Assembly: GCA_051294905.1 (NCBI GenBank)
Contig: CM119381.1
Location: 19,034,001 to 19,098,000, forward strand
Direction of reading: 5' to 3'
DNA: 64,000 nt
Source of the DNA: Botryllus schlosseri
Taxonomy: Eukaryota
Both the position numbers and the translations under genes were made by a program. Below, in pieces: positions 25,001 to 40,000 of the stretch; within the stretch, counting starts at the first letter, position 1; each line of letters starts with the position of its first letter. The notes under the pieces were generated by a model. It worked only from the letters and a program-made list of their open reading frames with translations, was not told where the DNA came from and did not search any database.

Positions 25001-28000
25001 GATTATCAGATATGTCGTCGATCTGCATCCTGATTCCGAGGTATCCGTTTTGCCGGCTATGGCATCTGGTCTTTAACTCGTATCTTTATGCGTTTTTATA
25101 TCTATCGCTAACCATACATAATGTATATCATTGTAGTGATAGATAGACTTGCTGACCCACTTTTTTACAAAATCACTGGTACAGCTGTCATTAACGAGTC
25201 CCGGCGAGGCAAGTGGCGTAGTCGAAACTTGGTGGCATTTGAGTCATTCGAGGTGTAAGGCCGGAGAGAACGCAACAGAAAACTGATCTGAGAGTTGTGT
25301 TATTGCGGCATTGCGTACGCGTGCATCGTTCTTTTGTGGCTGTTACTCAAACGAGGATTTATATGGGAAGTCATGCGGTACAGACATAAACTCGAGGTGT
25401 AAATAATACTTTTATCTAAATATCACTTGCGTAGAGTTAACTTGTTATGTTGATTTCAAAAAAGCTGCACACCAAGTCTGACTGAATTTCGACCAGTAGA
25501 ATCCATGCAATCCCAAATTGAAATTTGACAATTTTTCAAACAGCCCTAACGTGTACTCGTGTGTGCGTTCAGGTGATTTTTCGCAAGTCCGCGTGCTGCT
25601 CGCAATTCCTGAAAGCGCGCGCCGTCACGAAAGAGGCCACAGACGATGTCGAGGATGACGCGAAATCCCGTGACAGTAACGACGCAGACGGCAAGCCGAA
25701 AACTTCCGGCGAAGCCTTGAACGAGATATTTCTGTCCGGTCCCCATGCCGGCCAGGACGCCGAAGAATCGAAGATCAGCAAATATCTCGGTTTCATATGC
25801 CACCAGTCCTGCCGGTTTTTGGAGCACTTTGTGCTGAAGGGAATGGTATCTTCGGTGAGCGTACTGCGAATGTCTTGCTGCCCCGCTGCTTTACGTAACG
25901 TCCTGTCTTGTAACGCAATGTTTTCATAATAAAATGGATGAATTTCGGCTGTCACTGCTTCCAAATCCTATTCCATGATCTATGATAAAGCAAAATGATA
26001 TCGGCCCCATTCGCATCTTCATAGCCAGACTTTTCTATTCTGACTTGTTTTAAAATGCTGTAACCGAGAAAAACTTATTGCTATTGACGAAGTAATACGG
26101 GTATATCAACAATGAAACCTATTTCTGTCCCATGTGTTTGTATTAACAAGAGCGTCCATCTCAACAGGTGAAGATATTTATCAGGCAAATTTCCTTATTT
26201 TGTGAGTGTGCTGTAAAAGTTTTATAGTTTTTCTAGCGTGCCAGACAAGTGCCACTGAACCATACCGATTTTCATTAAACGGTTTTTATATGCTAGATGT
26301 TTGCTGATACCATGACTCCAGTGGCACGGAGCGCTTTAGAAGCGACCAACGCCGTTGAAGCACTGAAGTTACTGGAAGGTGAAAGCGGTCTGGAAGAAAA
26401 AACCGTCGGCATGATATGCCTGCACACTGTCCTGGAGAAGTGAGTGTTCTCGCCCAAAACTTACGTCGTAATGCGTATAACGGAGCCGTCGTTCTTCTGC
26501 GCAGGGATCTTCGAGAAAATCCGTTCGATTGTTCGAAGCTGAATGCGATTCTGGTTCGTCTTCAGAACTTTGTGGAGGCTAGAGACGCGTGAGTGTTTTT
26601 TTCTTCTGTTTGTTTGAAGCACGGCGGTTTTTGGGGAGAGGGCTGAATTTCGATGCAAATCTCAGTCTCAAAACCTCACCAAATTTTTTCCGAATTAGTG
26701 ATATCATAAAGAAAATGCGTGTGCTGGTGCCGACTATGATTAAGTGGAAATGCATAACTTCTTTTTAAATTCCACGGAAAGCTGTTTTATCATCAAAAAA
26801 ATGGTTTGCTGCTTTGAAGATAGTAGCAGAATTATATTTTATTGACTCCTAATACTTTTCGCGTGCCCCTTATCAAGAGTTACCAGAGTCACAGCAAACA
26901 TATAATCATAGATTCAAATTCGATATATTTAAATGAAGACCAGAAATGGCCAAGTATGACCTGCAATGTAATGCAACATGTAAAGTGTAACGAACAGTTA
27001 ATCAGTTATACTACTATGAATGTTGTCTTGAAAACGAAAAAAATTCAGGAAATTTCTAATCGGATCCCAATTTAAATTCTACCTTTGCGAGCGTTCAGTC
27101 ATGACGATATCATGAATGAATCATATCGTAACTTTGACGACAGTTCTTTTTGTCGCATATGTTTCCACAGATTTTTATTTCATCATGTTTTAATTCTGAC
27201 TTTGTGCTTATCACCGCCAAAGCCAAATTATTGATTGCACCATATGTTGACGACAGCAATGTGTGCATCGCGTGGATGGAATGCATACGCATCATCTTGG
27301 CCGCGTCACAATCTCATGGCGCCGGAAAGATACAAGGCACTGAAGTCATGATAGCCACTTCGGGCAGTTTGGCAACGCTCGTGAGGACCTTGAAGTGGTA
27401 TCCGCGAAATTTGTCTGTCGCTATGAAAGCGATCTCTGTGAGTATTATTCAATACCGGCAACCTTTGGATTTCATTTTTAACGGGAGTGTGTTGCAGTGT
27501 TGGAGCATGACTTTGCAAGCGGTCAAGTATCACGTGTCGCCAAGCGAGGGGCTGCGGGCTCCCGACACGCAAATCATCGGGGCCGTAATCGAATCTATCG
27601 TGTCTTCGACGCAAAGTACAGACAAGGTATGGTATGTTAGCTTATTGTAAGTCGATGGGTGACAATTTTCAAGCTCGGCTTATTTGTCAAACAGGTTAGT
27701 GCGGTTTAGTCGGAGGTGGGAGGTGGGCGGTGGGTTTGTGCCTGCTTGCGCTACTTATTAAGTGTTCATCTGCTAGTAATCGGTGGAAGTTTACGTTTCT
27801 TTGACAGAACTCGAATACCAATGATAATTACTCTGACCATCTCTAGTGTAGTTTACCCAAGCGACCTCCTTTTTGACTCTGTCAAGAATACAATGCTACG
27901 TATTGGAATTGGATATTCGCTTCCGTGTGTTTTTCCTAAATTCTTTATTTTTCTATTATTTCCAGAACGAGTTGGTCGCTTTTGTTGAGACCATACAGTA

Positions 28001-31000
28001 TTTGCTCGAGGAATTGAAAAAGGTACTCTCTTCGCCCGGTGGAACAGTCAAAGTTAGATGGGCTGATAAAGAAAGGTGGGTGAGATCGCTTGGTGCCGAC
28101 TGACGATTTTTATCGTGGGTGGATTTTTAGCTTCACCCTGGCCGGGGCGCTGTACGAAGCGATGTGCGTCTGCAACTGTGTCATCTCGGGCCAACAGGAA
28201 TTTGTGGTCAAAATGAAGGATCTGGGCCCGGTTATACAGGAAATTCTCGAGGTGAGGGAAGTGTTGAAATGGTTGCTCTTACTGTAATACAGTGTGGTTC
28301 GCAGCCGCGGGGAATTTCACCTTAGGGGGAATTTTGAAATATTTAGGAGGGAATCTGGCTTTTGTGTTGTATCGGAGGATACAATTGGTTCACAAGGTTT
28401 TCAGATTTTTATGGTCAAGTATAAAACTAGTTTTTACAATTGTATGTTTCTTTGGCGGATTTTAAGCTAATATAGGTGTATGTTTAAATGTCTTCCGTAG
28501 ATATTATACCCCCTGATAAAGTGAGGCTCGCGAGACGATTGCGTTAGGCCTGTGACAGCCTCTCGTCCAAATTGCTACTAAGCAGGAAAACGTCAAGCCG
28601 TATTCAGCACAAGGCCGCTGTTGAAAATGTTTACCTTTTTACGCCAACATATGAGCAAACGTGAAAAACATACCGAATTCATCGATTCAACTCGAGGCCA
28701 TCGCAAGTGGACTCGGTGGTTTATTTTTCGTCAGCGGCTACCCGACCGGTAAAAAACCAGGTCAAATTTAGCTGTACTTTACCAAAGTGTAGTGCGGTCC
28801 GCATTCGACATAGCCCGGACATAACTGAATGTGTTTGGCCATATACTGCTCAATCAACAAATGTTTGTGCGTTAAAAAGCACCTTTTCTAGTAACAGGCA
28901 GCTTTTTCATAGGGGGGAATTTTAGCTCAAATATCGGCCAAGGGGTCCATGATACGAAAAAGGTAGGGAATCACTGCTGTAGTAGAATCAAGCTGATTCG
29001 GAAATCTGTTCGGAATTTCAAATTTTGATCGGGGTTCATACAAATGAATGCCCCTATTGCATGCATGTAATTATCAGAGAGGAGGGGATTTGAATTTTTT
29101 ATTATCCGGCGTTTCACGCGCTACATCCTTGTATCGCAAAGAGCCGTTTCTGTTATCGAGAAGCTGTGTCGTTTTTCCTGGCAGGTCGCGCCTTCGACTT
29201 GTCCCCTGGCGGAAATTTGTAAGATCGTGCAAAAAAAGATGTCCGACGAGGACCCGGAAACGTCAGACGCAGCAGGATCGGCCGACGCGAAGTCTGGGCA
29301 GAAAACGGGCGGCAGCAAGCCGCAGCTGTCCCGGGAAGAGATCGAAAGTAAATTAAGATTTTTCACAATCATCGCTAGCTGTCAGGCTCGGATAATGATT
29401 ATGTAGTTGTCTAATTGGACTAATTAGTGTAAAATGACGGTAATTTAATTTGTGAAATGTTTTTATGCTCTATTTTTTTCATTACAATCTAATTTCTGTT
29501 TTTCTTGAAAACACCGTGCCATAGGAGAATTGCATAGCACGAAAGGAGCCAAGCTTGTTGTACAGACATTTGCCATTCTTGTGCTTTAAGAGAGAGAACT
29601 CTGTTTTGATATATACTCAATTTAATTTCCAAGTTTTTTCGAATTCAGTAATTCTAAGTCTAATCCACAGGCCGCATGTAACGCCATTCATTTAAGAATT
29701 GTGCGGCATCCTCATTCTTCGCACAGGTGTCACAGCGCAACTCCTGGACCAAGACCGATACCCCAAGCTGGCCCGATCGATGGGTAAGCTACTGGAATCG
29801 ATCGAGACCGTCACAAACCCCGAAAACGGCGTCGAACCTTCGAAAGTCGACAGGATCGTCAACACAGTGGTAAAAAATATGATTAATCCACATTTTGCGG
29901 TGCGGCGTGTCTGTGAGGAACATTTTTTGTTATATGCAGCTGCCCACCGTTTTATTTCCGAACATGAGCCAGAAGCTGACTGCCCCCGAAATGGAGAAGG
30001 CCGCCGAGCTGACCGAGGGGGTCTTGTTCGACCCTGCAACTTCGGGTGCGAACGGCAGCTTGGACGAGAAGTACAGGCCCGGCGTGATCGGCGCGCTCTT
30101 GCAATCGGTGGACGTACTTAACGGCGGGACTGTGAGGTCGGGTTTTGCTGCGCCGAGTCCGTCTGCAGCGAAAGATGTGAGTATCGTTGTACAAATGGCT
30201 TTTTCTTGATTTTTAAGAGTTGTTGATTTTATTCGGGTGTCTGTGGCAGTCTCTTAGTTGCTCGACTAGGTCTTAGATTATAATTTTGAAAATATATAGG
30301 GCGTCCTTCCGTCCATTGCAATGTTTTTTCTATTTTTGCCTGAAATCGACTAATCTTGGTTTAAATACGAGTATTTCGGCACTACCTTCAAACAGGCTAA
30401 ATTGACTTATGAATATCTTGTGCGTTTTGTCTTCTATGCTACAATTTATGTGTGTCTCTGTTTGTCCTGTCCACCTCCATGCCAACAAATTCTTCACCAC
30501 AATCAAGAAAGCTTGCGAGCGTGGCGTCGCCACACCAGATCAGCGCTAAGTGATAGACACAATGATTTGGTCATAGTTTTACGCTGTGTGCCTTTCCTGC
30601 AGCAACGCTATGCATTTTATCTGGATTGGTTTTGATTGCAAGCAACTGAAATCGATTCAGACACCTCAGGGTTGCAAGTTGTCATCACTCAGCTATGGTG
30701 GTGGTGGTTCTGGCCTAATTTTGTGTTTTGCGTACCAATATAGTGGTAACACATTCATTATAAACATAACTTGCTGCTGCTGCTGCATAGGCATTGACGC
30801 TATTGATGGTGAATCTGTACACGTGGTCATCAACTTTATTGCTTCTCTTGCGTTATAGATTATCGCAAAGATTGTCACGTTGCTTCACCGTATCGCCAAC
30901 AGCGACAGAGACTTGGCCGTGGTCATGTGCGGACTGGAAGCCAAACAATATCTGAGCAAAGCTATTGAGAAACAGGACTCTGTACCGGTAATGAGACTTG

Positions 31001-34000
31001 ATATTCCCGAAAATTTGCCCGATTGACCTGCGCAAAGCATGTGATACGCCCTGTTGCCAGATGTGGTCAAAGTAGTCAGTGTTGCTACCGTACTTGAGTA
31101 GAAGTAACACCTTAAATTTCTACTCAATTATGACCGACTAAATAGGATACACCGCAAATGGATAGAATCTCGCTTCAAATACTTGATACTGGGGCTATTT
31201 CACGCGGTTCTTTTTTAAAGTTTCATCCATAGAAGCGATTCCAATTACTTTTTAAGTCAGTATGTCTGCAGAAGTAGGTAAAACCTCAAAAATATAGAGC
31301 TACTTGTTACTGACCACCTCTGCCGTATCACTTTTCAGAACGCGTCAGAGCTGATTGAATATTTGTCCGGATTCGACCGCTACAGGGCGCTCTATTCCAA
31401 ACTCCTCGTCGTTATACTGGGAGGCACCATCGGCGTCGCACTGCGGTGTATGGAAGACGCTCGTCGCATGCAAGTGGCTCTGTCGATTCCCTTGCTGGAC
31501 AGGCTGTTTGCGAGCTTGTGCAAAGGTACGGCGTTTCCGCTCTCGCTTTCGAGAGACGGAGTGAATTTTGACACCGTTTTCGTGGCGCAGGATCGGATTT
31601 CGACTCGCGGGAAGATAAATGCTGGGAGAAAATCGAGGTGTCGTCCAATCAGCGTCAGGCTAAAAATCTGACCGACGGAAACTCGTCGACGTACTGGGAG
31701 AGTAACGGGAGCTCGGGCTCGCACTGGATCAACATTTTTATGAAGAAGGGCGTCGTAGTTCGGTGAGAGACTTCTCTTATGGCGGCGTGAGTGTTGATGC
31801 GGTTTTGAGGTTGCCGGCAAGAGGCACGGTCTGATTTCCCGTAGGTTTAGGTCGAGGAATAAGCGCATTTTGAAGACTGGTGACGGTAGAAAATTGGTTT
31901 AATCTTAAGCTCTGAGCGCACGGTCGCATATCATGTTTCAAGCAGATTGCTGGTAGCCGGTTCCGCTGTTGCCCGGGTATAATTAATTACTTGTGAATGT
32001 TTACTTTAAATGTTAAAAGCTGTCGCCCTCTTTAAATTTTGAAACAAATTAGTTGGGCAACAATGATAACAGCATCACTGCTTTCGTTCTTGTCCGGGTG
32101 TAGGTATTCTGTGAATATTTCGATGCTTTCAATGTTGAAACCTAATATTCTCTGTCTGTCTCTATATTTTGATACAAATATTTCTAGAAACTTCAATCTG
32201 CACTACGCCGTATATAATGAATATCTAGGAATCTTTGAGGTGTACGAATTTCCAACCGTTTCCGATATCTTTTCAGAAAGTTATCGCTGACAGTTTCGAG
32301 CGACGACTCGAGCTACATGCCGGCCCGACTAGTTGTAGTCGGGTTGCTCAGCCCGTCCGACGTGACCCAGCAGCTCAACGTCATCACCGTGTCCAGCTCT
32401 AGCGACTCTCAGATCGTCGTTCTGGAAAACGAAAAGAGGTACTGGCCCATCGTGCGCGTCTGCGTCAGGCGTTGTCAGCAAGGCGGCATCGACACGCGAA
32501 TCCGCGGCGTCGAAGTGGTTGGGCCGAAGCCCTCGTTCTGGCCGGTGTTGCGGCAGCAGCTGTGCGTGCGGACCTGCCTCTCGTATTTTGTGAGGGCGCG
32601 CGCGTGGATCGCGGCCTGCACGAAACCGGACGAGGACGGGCAGCCGGCCCCGAAAAAGAGGAAGTTGATGAAGCACGGGATTTTGAAGTTGTCTTCCAGG
32701 TAACGGATTTGGAGTTCATCAACAATTTTGATCACATATGGATATTGTATTTTTTTAAATCTAAAATTCTTGTGTGAATTTTGAATATATCTCAGTCATT
32801 ACTGGATATGGACTTGTGTGAGTATGTGTACTTCTCATTGTAACGTGGTGACTATAAGATCGGTGATCCGACTGTGGATATACAAAGTTCTTGTGAATTC
32901 TTTACTAATTGCTGACGATTAACCCTGACGGGAGTGAACTGGAAATATTTGGGATTATTTCAATACGAATATATTGCATATTCGATTATGTATTGAAGTT
33001 GTGTACATCCAAAAGTTTCTTCAACAGTAAAACTGTTTCTGTGTTTCGAATTTGGTGAACTGCAGTTACTGGCGTTGACTCCTTATAAGAGCCAGTCGTA
33101 ACGCTCGAGTGGAGTAAATCTGGTAATGTGGACAAATGAAGGTTTTGTATAGTTTGTAGGACTACACTTGATATAAGTAAATTTCCGGACCCAGACTCGA
33201 ATCTGAGATGTGGATTTGTATCTCAAAATGTTGACGATATTTTTAGGATCGTGGAGGCGATACGTCACGAGCAGAAATTCGCCGACCTCTACCTGCCCAA
33301 CGACGAGTCGTCCATGGTTTTGGGACACGCGTTCCGAAACGCCGTCATACATCCGTTTTTATCCGGTTCGTCAAGTTTGTATTATTATTTAATGTTAATT
33401 AGTGCCCTGGTTTCTCCGACAATTTGTTTGTAGAATGTCTGGTGTCGTCATTTGGCCGTTTTTACAAGTTATTTCTTAGAATTAGGCTGTATTTTTGCAC
33501 AGTTGCGTTGCAACCCATTTTTATTTTTTTTAAACATTTTGCCTTGAAAAAAAAAAAGTGTTACCGGCTAAAAGGAGCCAAACTGTCACTTAATGCATTG
33601 CAAATGCGCGATGTTCTTGTTTTGATTCTATTCGTGTTGTCTCCTGTGCGGTTACTATCTCGTTGCTGGGGAATCAAAGCTGCCAAAGTCCAATTTTCAA
33701 ATTTTGAGATCCATTTTTCGAATTTTGAGAAAATCAAGTTTCTGGTAAAAATTTTCATTCTTTAGCGCTTTATCTTAGCCATGGTTACGTTTGTCCCGTT
33801 GTTTCAAAGTTAACTATGGCCGAGATAGGGTCGAAAGAAATTGAAAACATTCCAAATTCTTCATTCTCTCAACATGTGTAAAATGTACAATGGAGAAGCC
33901 ACTCTGCTTCCGCAGCGACGATATATTCATCAGTTGTGGGAATTTTCGGAGGTCAACTAATTCTCTATGTACTTATCACTGTGTTACCAATATTTGGTTT

Positions 34001-37000
34001 CATGCAACACACTGTCGGGCTGTTGAGATCAACGAGATTGGCTCTAATACTAAGCCCAGCGTTGGTTGCTATGTTGTCGTTAGCTTGTCAGCCCTGTTCT
34101 TTATCCGCAGCGGTTCAAGAAGCCAGCGCCGGATTCGCCGACGACAAACCTCTAGTATTTCACTTGCTGTCCCTCTACTTGGAGATGTCCAACCCGTCGA
34201 CGCCCAAGTCCACGTCGTTCGAATCGGAACAGATGGAGTTCCTGTCCCGACTGCGTCGCCTCACGAGATTGATGGTGGACTTGAATCCGAGCACATCGTT
34301 CCGGCCGCAAAAGTCCCAGAATTCGAGCGTCGACAAGTGGAAACAGAACATGCAATCCAAATCCCGTAAGAGATTTAGATTCGTAGGTTCTTAAGACTGT
34401 TTTACTGCGGACAGCCCTCCCTAAAGTATTTTTTGAAGTTGGCTGTAGATCCTTTTGTGGCCTAGTCTGTGAAATTTTAACTGCATTACCTGGATATACA
34501 ATGAAATTGCATATTCATATTGAATAATCCTGCCTATTTTCGGCCGACACTCGTCGGGAGTGATTGTCAGCAACTAGTAGAGAATTCAAAAGAACTTGGT
34601 ACGCAGTATCAACAGTCAACTGACTATTGAGTTGATATACAAGTAGTAGCCTAGCTGCAACTGATGATTTTACGATGCTGTAATAGTGTAAATGACACAA
34701 CTATGTGGAGAGTGATGCGTGACAGAAGTATATAACAACCAGGGCTGTGGAGTCGGTAAATTTTACTACCGCCTCCGACTCCAACAGTATTACCAATTCA
34801 CTTTGAAAATTTTATGCCACAGTGACGGGTAAATAACTATCATATAACCATTAAACATATGCAAACATCCGATTAACGATGGCATGCAAATTTGTTTAAT
34901 TATGAGACAGCTCGAATTATTCACTATGCATGAAAGATTGCCTTTCTAAATATCCTCCCTTTTTCATATTTTATCAGTTTTTATAACATCGTCTCTCTAA
35001 TAACCTGGTATGTATGAATCATTCAAACACGACATATATCCCATCCTGTATTATTTAAATGTAGATAGAACAATCGAAGTGTTGTTCTTATGTATGAGTC
35101 AGCAACTATTGAGATGCAGAGATGCATCTTACAAATTACTTACTAATAGACTAATAATCTCACTTATAGGCATTGGCCATAAAGGAAATTTAGGAAGTAG
35201 TCAGATAGGATATGTCTAGTCTACATGCACTTAGTCAAGTAATCAGGGACTAGGACTTGCAGTTTGCAAAATAGTTACCAAGGTAATGAATGAATTCGAT
35301 CAATAATTATATTACTTGCATATATTAGGGGTCGCCTCTGTATGGCGATTCCTATTTTCTTTTCACTAACCCCTCAAAACTACTCCATGGACTCCAGTTT
35401 GAGAGCCCCTGGAACAGATGTAGTGTGAATGAAAATTTAGTGAGTCGGCAATTATTTTTCATTCCCAGTCGATGACTCGGCGAGAAGCGATAAAAGCAAG
35501 CCGTCCTCGCATCACTCTATGCAGTCGCTTCTGATCGAGACGTCACGAAAATCGGCAAAAGAGACCGGCCCTTCGGTCGGCGATGACATGCTGGACCCCG
35601 TGTTCGGGGGCAGTTTGTCTCATTCTGGGACCCAGCCTCTCGCGTTGCAGTGGTGTGAAGTGGTTTCGATTCGACTGCAGGAGTTTTTGACGGGCGCCCT
35701 TGAGGTTGAGTCTTCTGCCGACAATATGGTGTCCATGAAAAAGCTAGCGTCTGGCTTCTGTGAAGGTACAATTTTTTTTTTCTTAAGTTGAGGATCGCTA
35801 TTTTTGACTGTTCTGTGGATTTCTGCAGCCCTCGCTAAAGAATTCGACTGCTTGTTGTCGTGCACGTCGGAATTGTTTGGAAACAACGTGCGGTATTTTC
35901 TACGTATGATTCGCGGTATTTCGACAGCCATCGGAACACTCGATATTGGACGCACTGTGACAGTAAGTTGTCTCTGTCGGCCTGACTGCTAGTGATGTTT
36001 GCACGACGGTGATATACATAGGGCAGTGTCTTTCGATTATTCTGTATGTTGAAATATGTGCGTTACAAGTCACGATTCCATGTGTTGAGGTTTTGCTTGG
36101 CGCTGATTATTACGCAGCACCCAGGTGTCGAAATCCACCATTCAGCAAAAAAGAAATTTGTGATTTTTTTTTACATCTTTACAACTAACGCAAAATGACT
36201 GATGATTCAATTTTGAAAAATGTATTCAGCTGCAGTTACAGTAACGTGTCTCTTTCGCCCATTTACAACGATTTTTCTCAGAAAAGTCATGCCAAACTAC
36301 TCCGAAACTAGTTATTGCATACCCAGTTTATCGAGATCCGAAGTGGAATGAGTAAGCAGTTTTGATGAATAGATGTGGAATAGTCTAACAGCATAGCCAC
36401 GCAAGTAGATAGCGCAGGAAAGAAGGCAAAGCTTATCTCAGTACTTGGAAAAAATGGAACTTTGTTTACTGACCGCTTATGCTATTCCAATGAACGTTTT
36501 CGAGACATATCTCGACGTGACCTCGGGTTAGAACGTGTTAGCTACCAAATACCGCTTTTCAGTGGTATTGTGATCACAAACGTGATTTTTATCACAGTTC
36601 AGCAAACACGTGGCCGTGGCGATTCATGATCTTTTGACGAGAGCGACAAATTTAACACTGTCCTCACCGGAACTGGACGTGTTGAATTCGATAGCAGAGT
36701 TTCTCTACGTCACCAAAGCCTTCAACTGGGGGTGCATTTTCGAACCTCTTTATTGGTGAGTCGACCCCCTCTCTAGACCTTCCCCACGTTCTTTTACGAT
36801 TTTGTCTTCACCAGTTCCTTATTGGCATCCCGATTGCTCAACCACGAGATCCGCGCGATGGACCACGAGAAGAGGATCGGCGCGCTTTTACGGCCGTGCT
36901 TTTCGAACGACAGGCCGAATTTGATGCTTCAAGACCTCTCGCATTCCAAGGTACTTTGTGCGTGCGCTACCGTGGGTTACTCTCAACGGCAGCTGCATTA

Positions 37001-40000
37001 TTTGAGACGTTATGAGGTTTTGTAGAGTAATAACTAGAGCTGGTCGATATAATTTTGGTACTCAAATCTGGATTGAGTGTTAATTCTAATGATTTGTGTA
37101 ACTATTTTGGGGGTGCCGAAATTATATGATCCTTTCCACCAACAGTTATATTATTAATGAGAATTATAGATTTGATACATTTTTCTCGCCACGGAATCGT
37201 TGAAACCTCGATTGGTGTGGTATCACCGCATCCAAACCATCTAGCGCAAAGTTCCAAACACACGTGGAAATGACATTTCTACGAAATTGTGATCACAAAG
37301 TGCAATGAAATAGTAGTCAAAAACATACCAAATTACCTTCAATGCGGTGCAGACTGCCGTTATTTTCTTTGCAGTCGCATCACGCTCGAATAATGTCACA
37401 ATGAGTACTGCTCTAATAAAAGCCTAATGCTAGATTCTGAATCGCTCACGTACACAATTTTTCCCAACCATAGTGACAGTCATGGACACTGTTATCTGAC
37501 GCTGTTTGCGGCACATAATGCCCTGCAATCTGTGTTCCATTTTTTTCTTATAGTTGTGCGGTGTCTGCTACTGTACGAGATGCTATGTTTTGTTGCAATG
37601 TATTACTCACCAGACAAAACATGTCTGAGGATTACATTGATTCTTTTTACCATATTCCTTCTTTCACCGTAGATCTTGAAACATGCAATCCCAGCTCAAA
37701 ATCGAAGATATTTACGCAGCCTAGGTCAAACCATTGAATTGTCTCGCTTTCTCAGAGCAAAGGTGGTAGTCCGAAATTGCCGTAAGAATACACCGCCATT
37801 TTCAATTTTATTAAACCTGTTCTGCCGACTCCTTGTAGCGTAGAAATCAGCGACAGGATAATGGATTGTGAGTTTTCCTTTTTGACGCAGGTTTTATGGA
37901 AAGGATTTCTGTCCCACCGGATGGAGATCTACGACACGCTCTCCATGCTAGCTGCGTCGGACGACGTCACCGAGGAGAAACGCACTCGGCTGTATTGCTT
38001 CGTGCAAGCGAACTGGCGAAAGTTTCGGTGATTATTATCAGTCGCCTTTCAAATTTTTCTTTCGACTCATCGTGTGCCGCACCGTACAGGATGTACAAGG
38101 AGGGCTCGCTGTCGGTACAAGTACTAAGCCCGGTCGCGTGGATGGTGAGGGCGATTCGCAAAAACGCAGTCCCGGACGCGCTCGAGTCTCTGGACCCAGA
38201 CCTTTTTTCCTCTCTGAAAGATTACGAAGAATATTTCCGTAGTGGTAAAGTTATTTTTCATCCCTCGTCTTGTTGCAGTTCGACATACCTTCCAAATTTT
38301 TACTTTTACTTGTAATTAATTAGAAAATGACAGCATTACTTCTAATTCTACTTGAGTAGAAATGCTAGCTACTTTGACCACTTATTATTATTATTACTAC
38401 ACATTCTGTGGTCAGCTTACCGAAGGACCGTGTCACCTAATGGCGGCGGCACGACGGGACCGCTGCATTGGACCGCCGAAGGCTGGGCGGAAGTTGTCGA
38501 CACTGTGACAGGGCAGACGTATCGGGTCTCGACTGCTCAAATGCTTTTGCTCCTGAATTTTGACGTGGGCTGCAATACCGAGGTAAGACAGACTTTGTGT
38601 GTTCGAATTTTGGTATTATCTAATTTGCATTGCGATTGACCCTAATGGAAAAACCCAAGATGCGGTCAAAGTTGTCCATCTTTGGCACTCAAGTAGAAGT
38701 TATGCCATAAATTTCTACTCAATTGGGCTCCAAGTACAACTAGATTTTCAAATAATTAAAAAAGTACGTGTGCAAGGCCTGGTTTTGCCTAAAAACGGAA
38801 ACTGTCTACGTAATCACATGTCCCTATTACACCATCTACTGTGACGCCATTTTTTCTTTAGCGTGGTGGTGCACCCCGGTACTTTTGTATTCTTTCCCAA
38901 ACTTGATTTTTCACGCCTTTCAGTTCGATATCTCATCTTGGAAAAGGGCGTTGCCCCACCACTGGGACACGGCCCTGGAAGCTCTCGCGAAAGCCGATAT
39001 ATTGACGTGTCCGACCGAAAACAAGGTGGCGCTCAGCGCGAATTTGGATTCCGTCACTCCGGTCCAGACTGGTGAGTTCGAGACCTATTGTCGGGAATAT
39101 GCGTCGGAGTCCGTATACTCGAAGTTGTTTTATCCCATGATTTAGTTTCTCAGGTATGCGTTTGTTTTGCAGCAATCGACGTCACGCCAGACTGCGCAGA
39201 CGAAGTCAACTACGTCAACAAGAAGCACGGCGATCTGCAGATACTCACGGAGAGACGGCACGCGCTTATCGACTGCGCCATCGTGCAATGTCTCAAGACT
39301 TCACCGTGTCATATCGACGCTCTTATTTTCTACGTAACGCCATCCGCTTTCGTCTGCTTTCACACGCGTTCTGACGAGGATGCTTTCGCAGGTTATCAAA
39401 CACTGTTTGGGGGAACCCAGAGATCGGGGGTTTTTCGAAAATCCGGACGAGGAAGAGTCGGACGCGGGCGGAGACGATATGCGCAAGGATAAAAATCATT
39501 TTTATCCGCTTTCTTCAGAAGTATGCGAGACCGGTGTCAATTTGTTGGTTGAGATGTGTATTTACTGTTGTTGACGACTGCTATCGTACAATCTCAAAAG
39601 TGTTCAATCCGGACAGGGAAATTTTTGTTTCTAATTTCATTTTTTTGTCATTTGATGACGATATGCCAGCATATCTATCCTGAATCCCAGTGGTGGTGAA
39701 ATTCCAAATATCTATTCACACAGCGATATATAGCTACCGAAAAACAAATTAGTACATTTTGTTCCCTCTCGTCTCGATTTTCGAGTTGAGCCGTCGGTTT
39801 TTGTCCAATTTCAGGTTGTCGCGAGATGCGAGCTTTTGATCGACCTGGGTTACGTGCAGCGCGACTCTGACAATCCGCAAGTCGTTTCCTACGTGCACGA
39901 ATCGTCGTTGCCGCACAGCAGGAAGCCCACCGTGTCGAATGAAGGAGACGAGACTGAAGTCGAGAAAGAGGAAACCCCGGCCGGCGACGCAGAGTGAGAT

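Noticed and set aside
25185-25255. Extra CUL9 cassette exon candidates here and at about 33915, 40779, 41231 and 41610
   Set aside because: Weak donors, phase conflicts or in-frame stops; the flanking exons join without them.
31392-34369. Long ORFs 31392-31868 (-), 32329-32676 (-), 32475-32735 (-) and 33890-34369 (+)
   Set aside because: They are antisense or alternative-frame shadows of GC-rich CUL9 exons.
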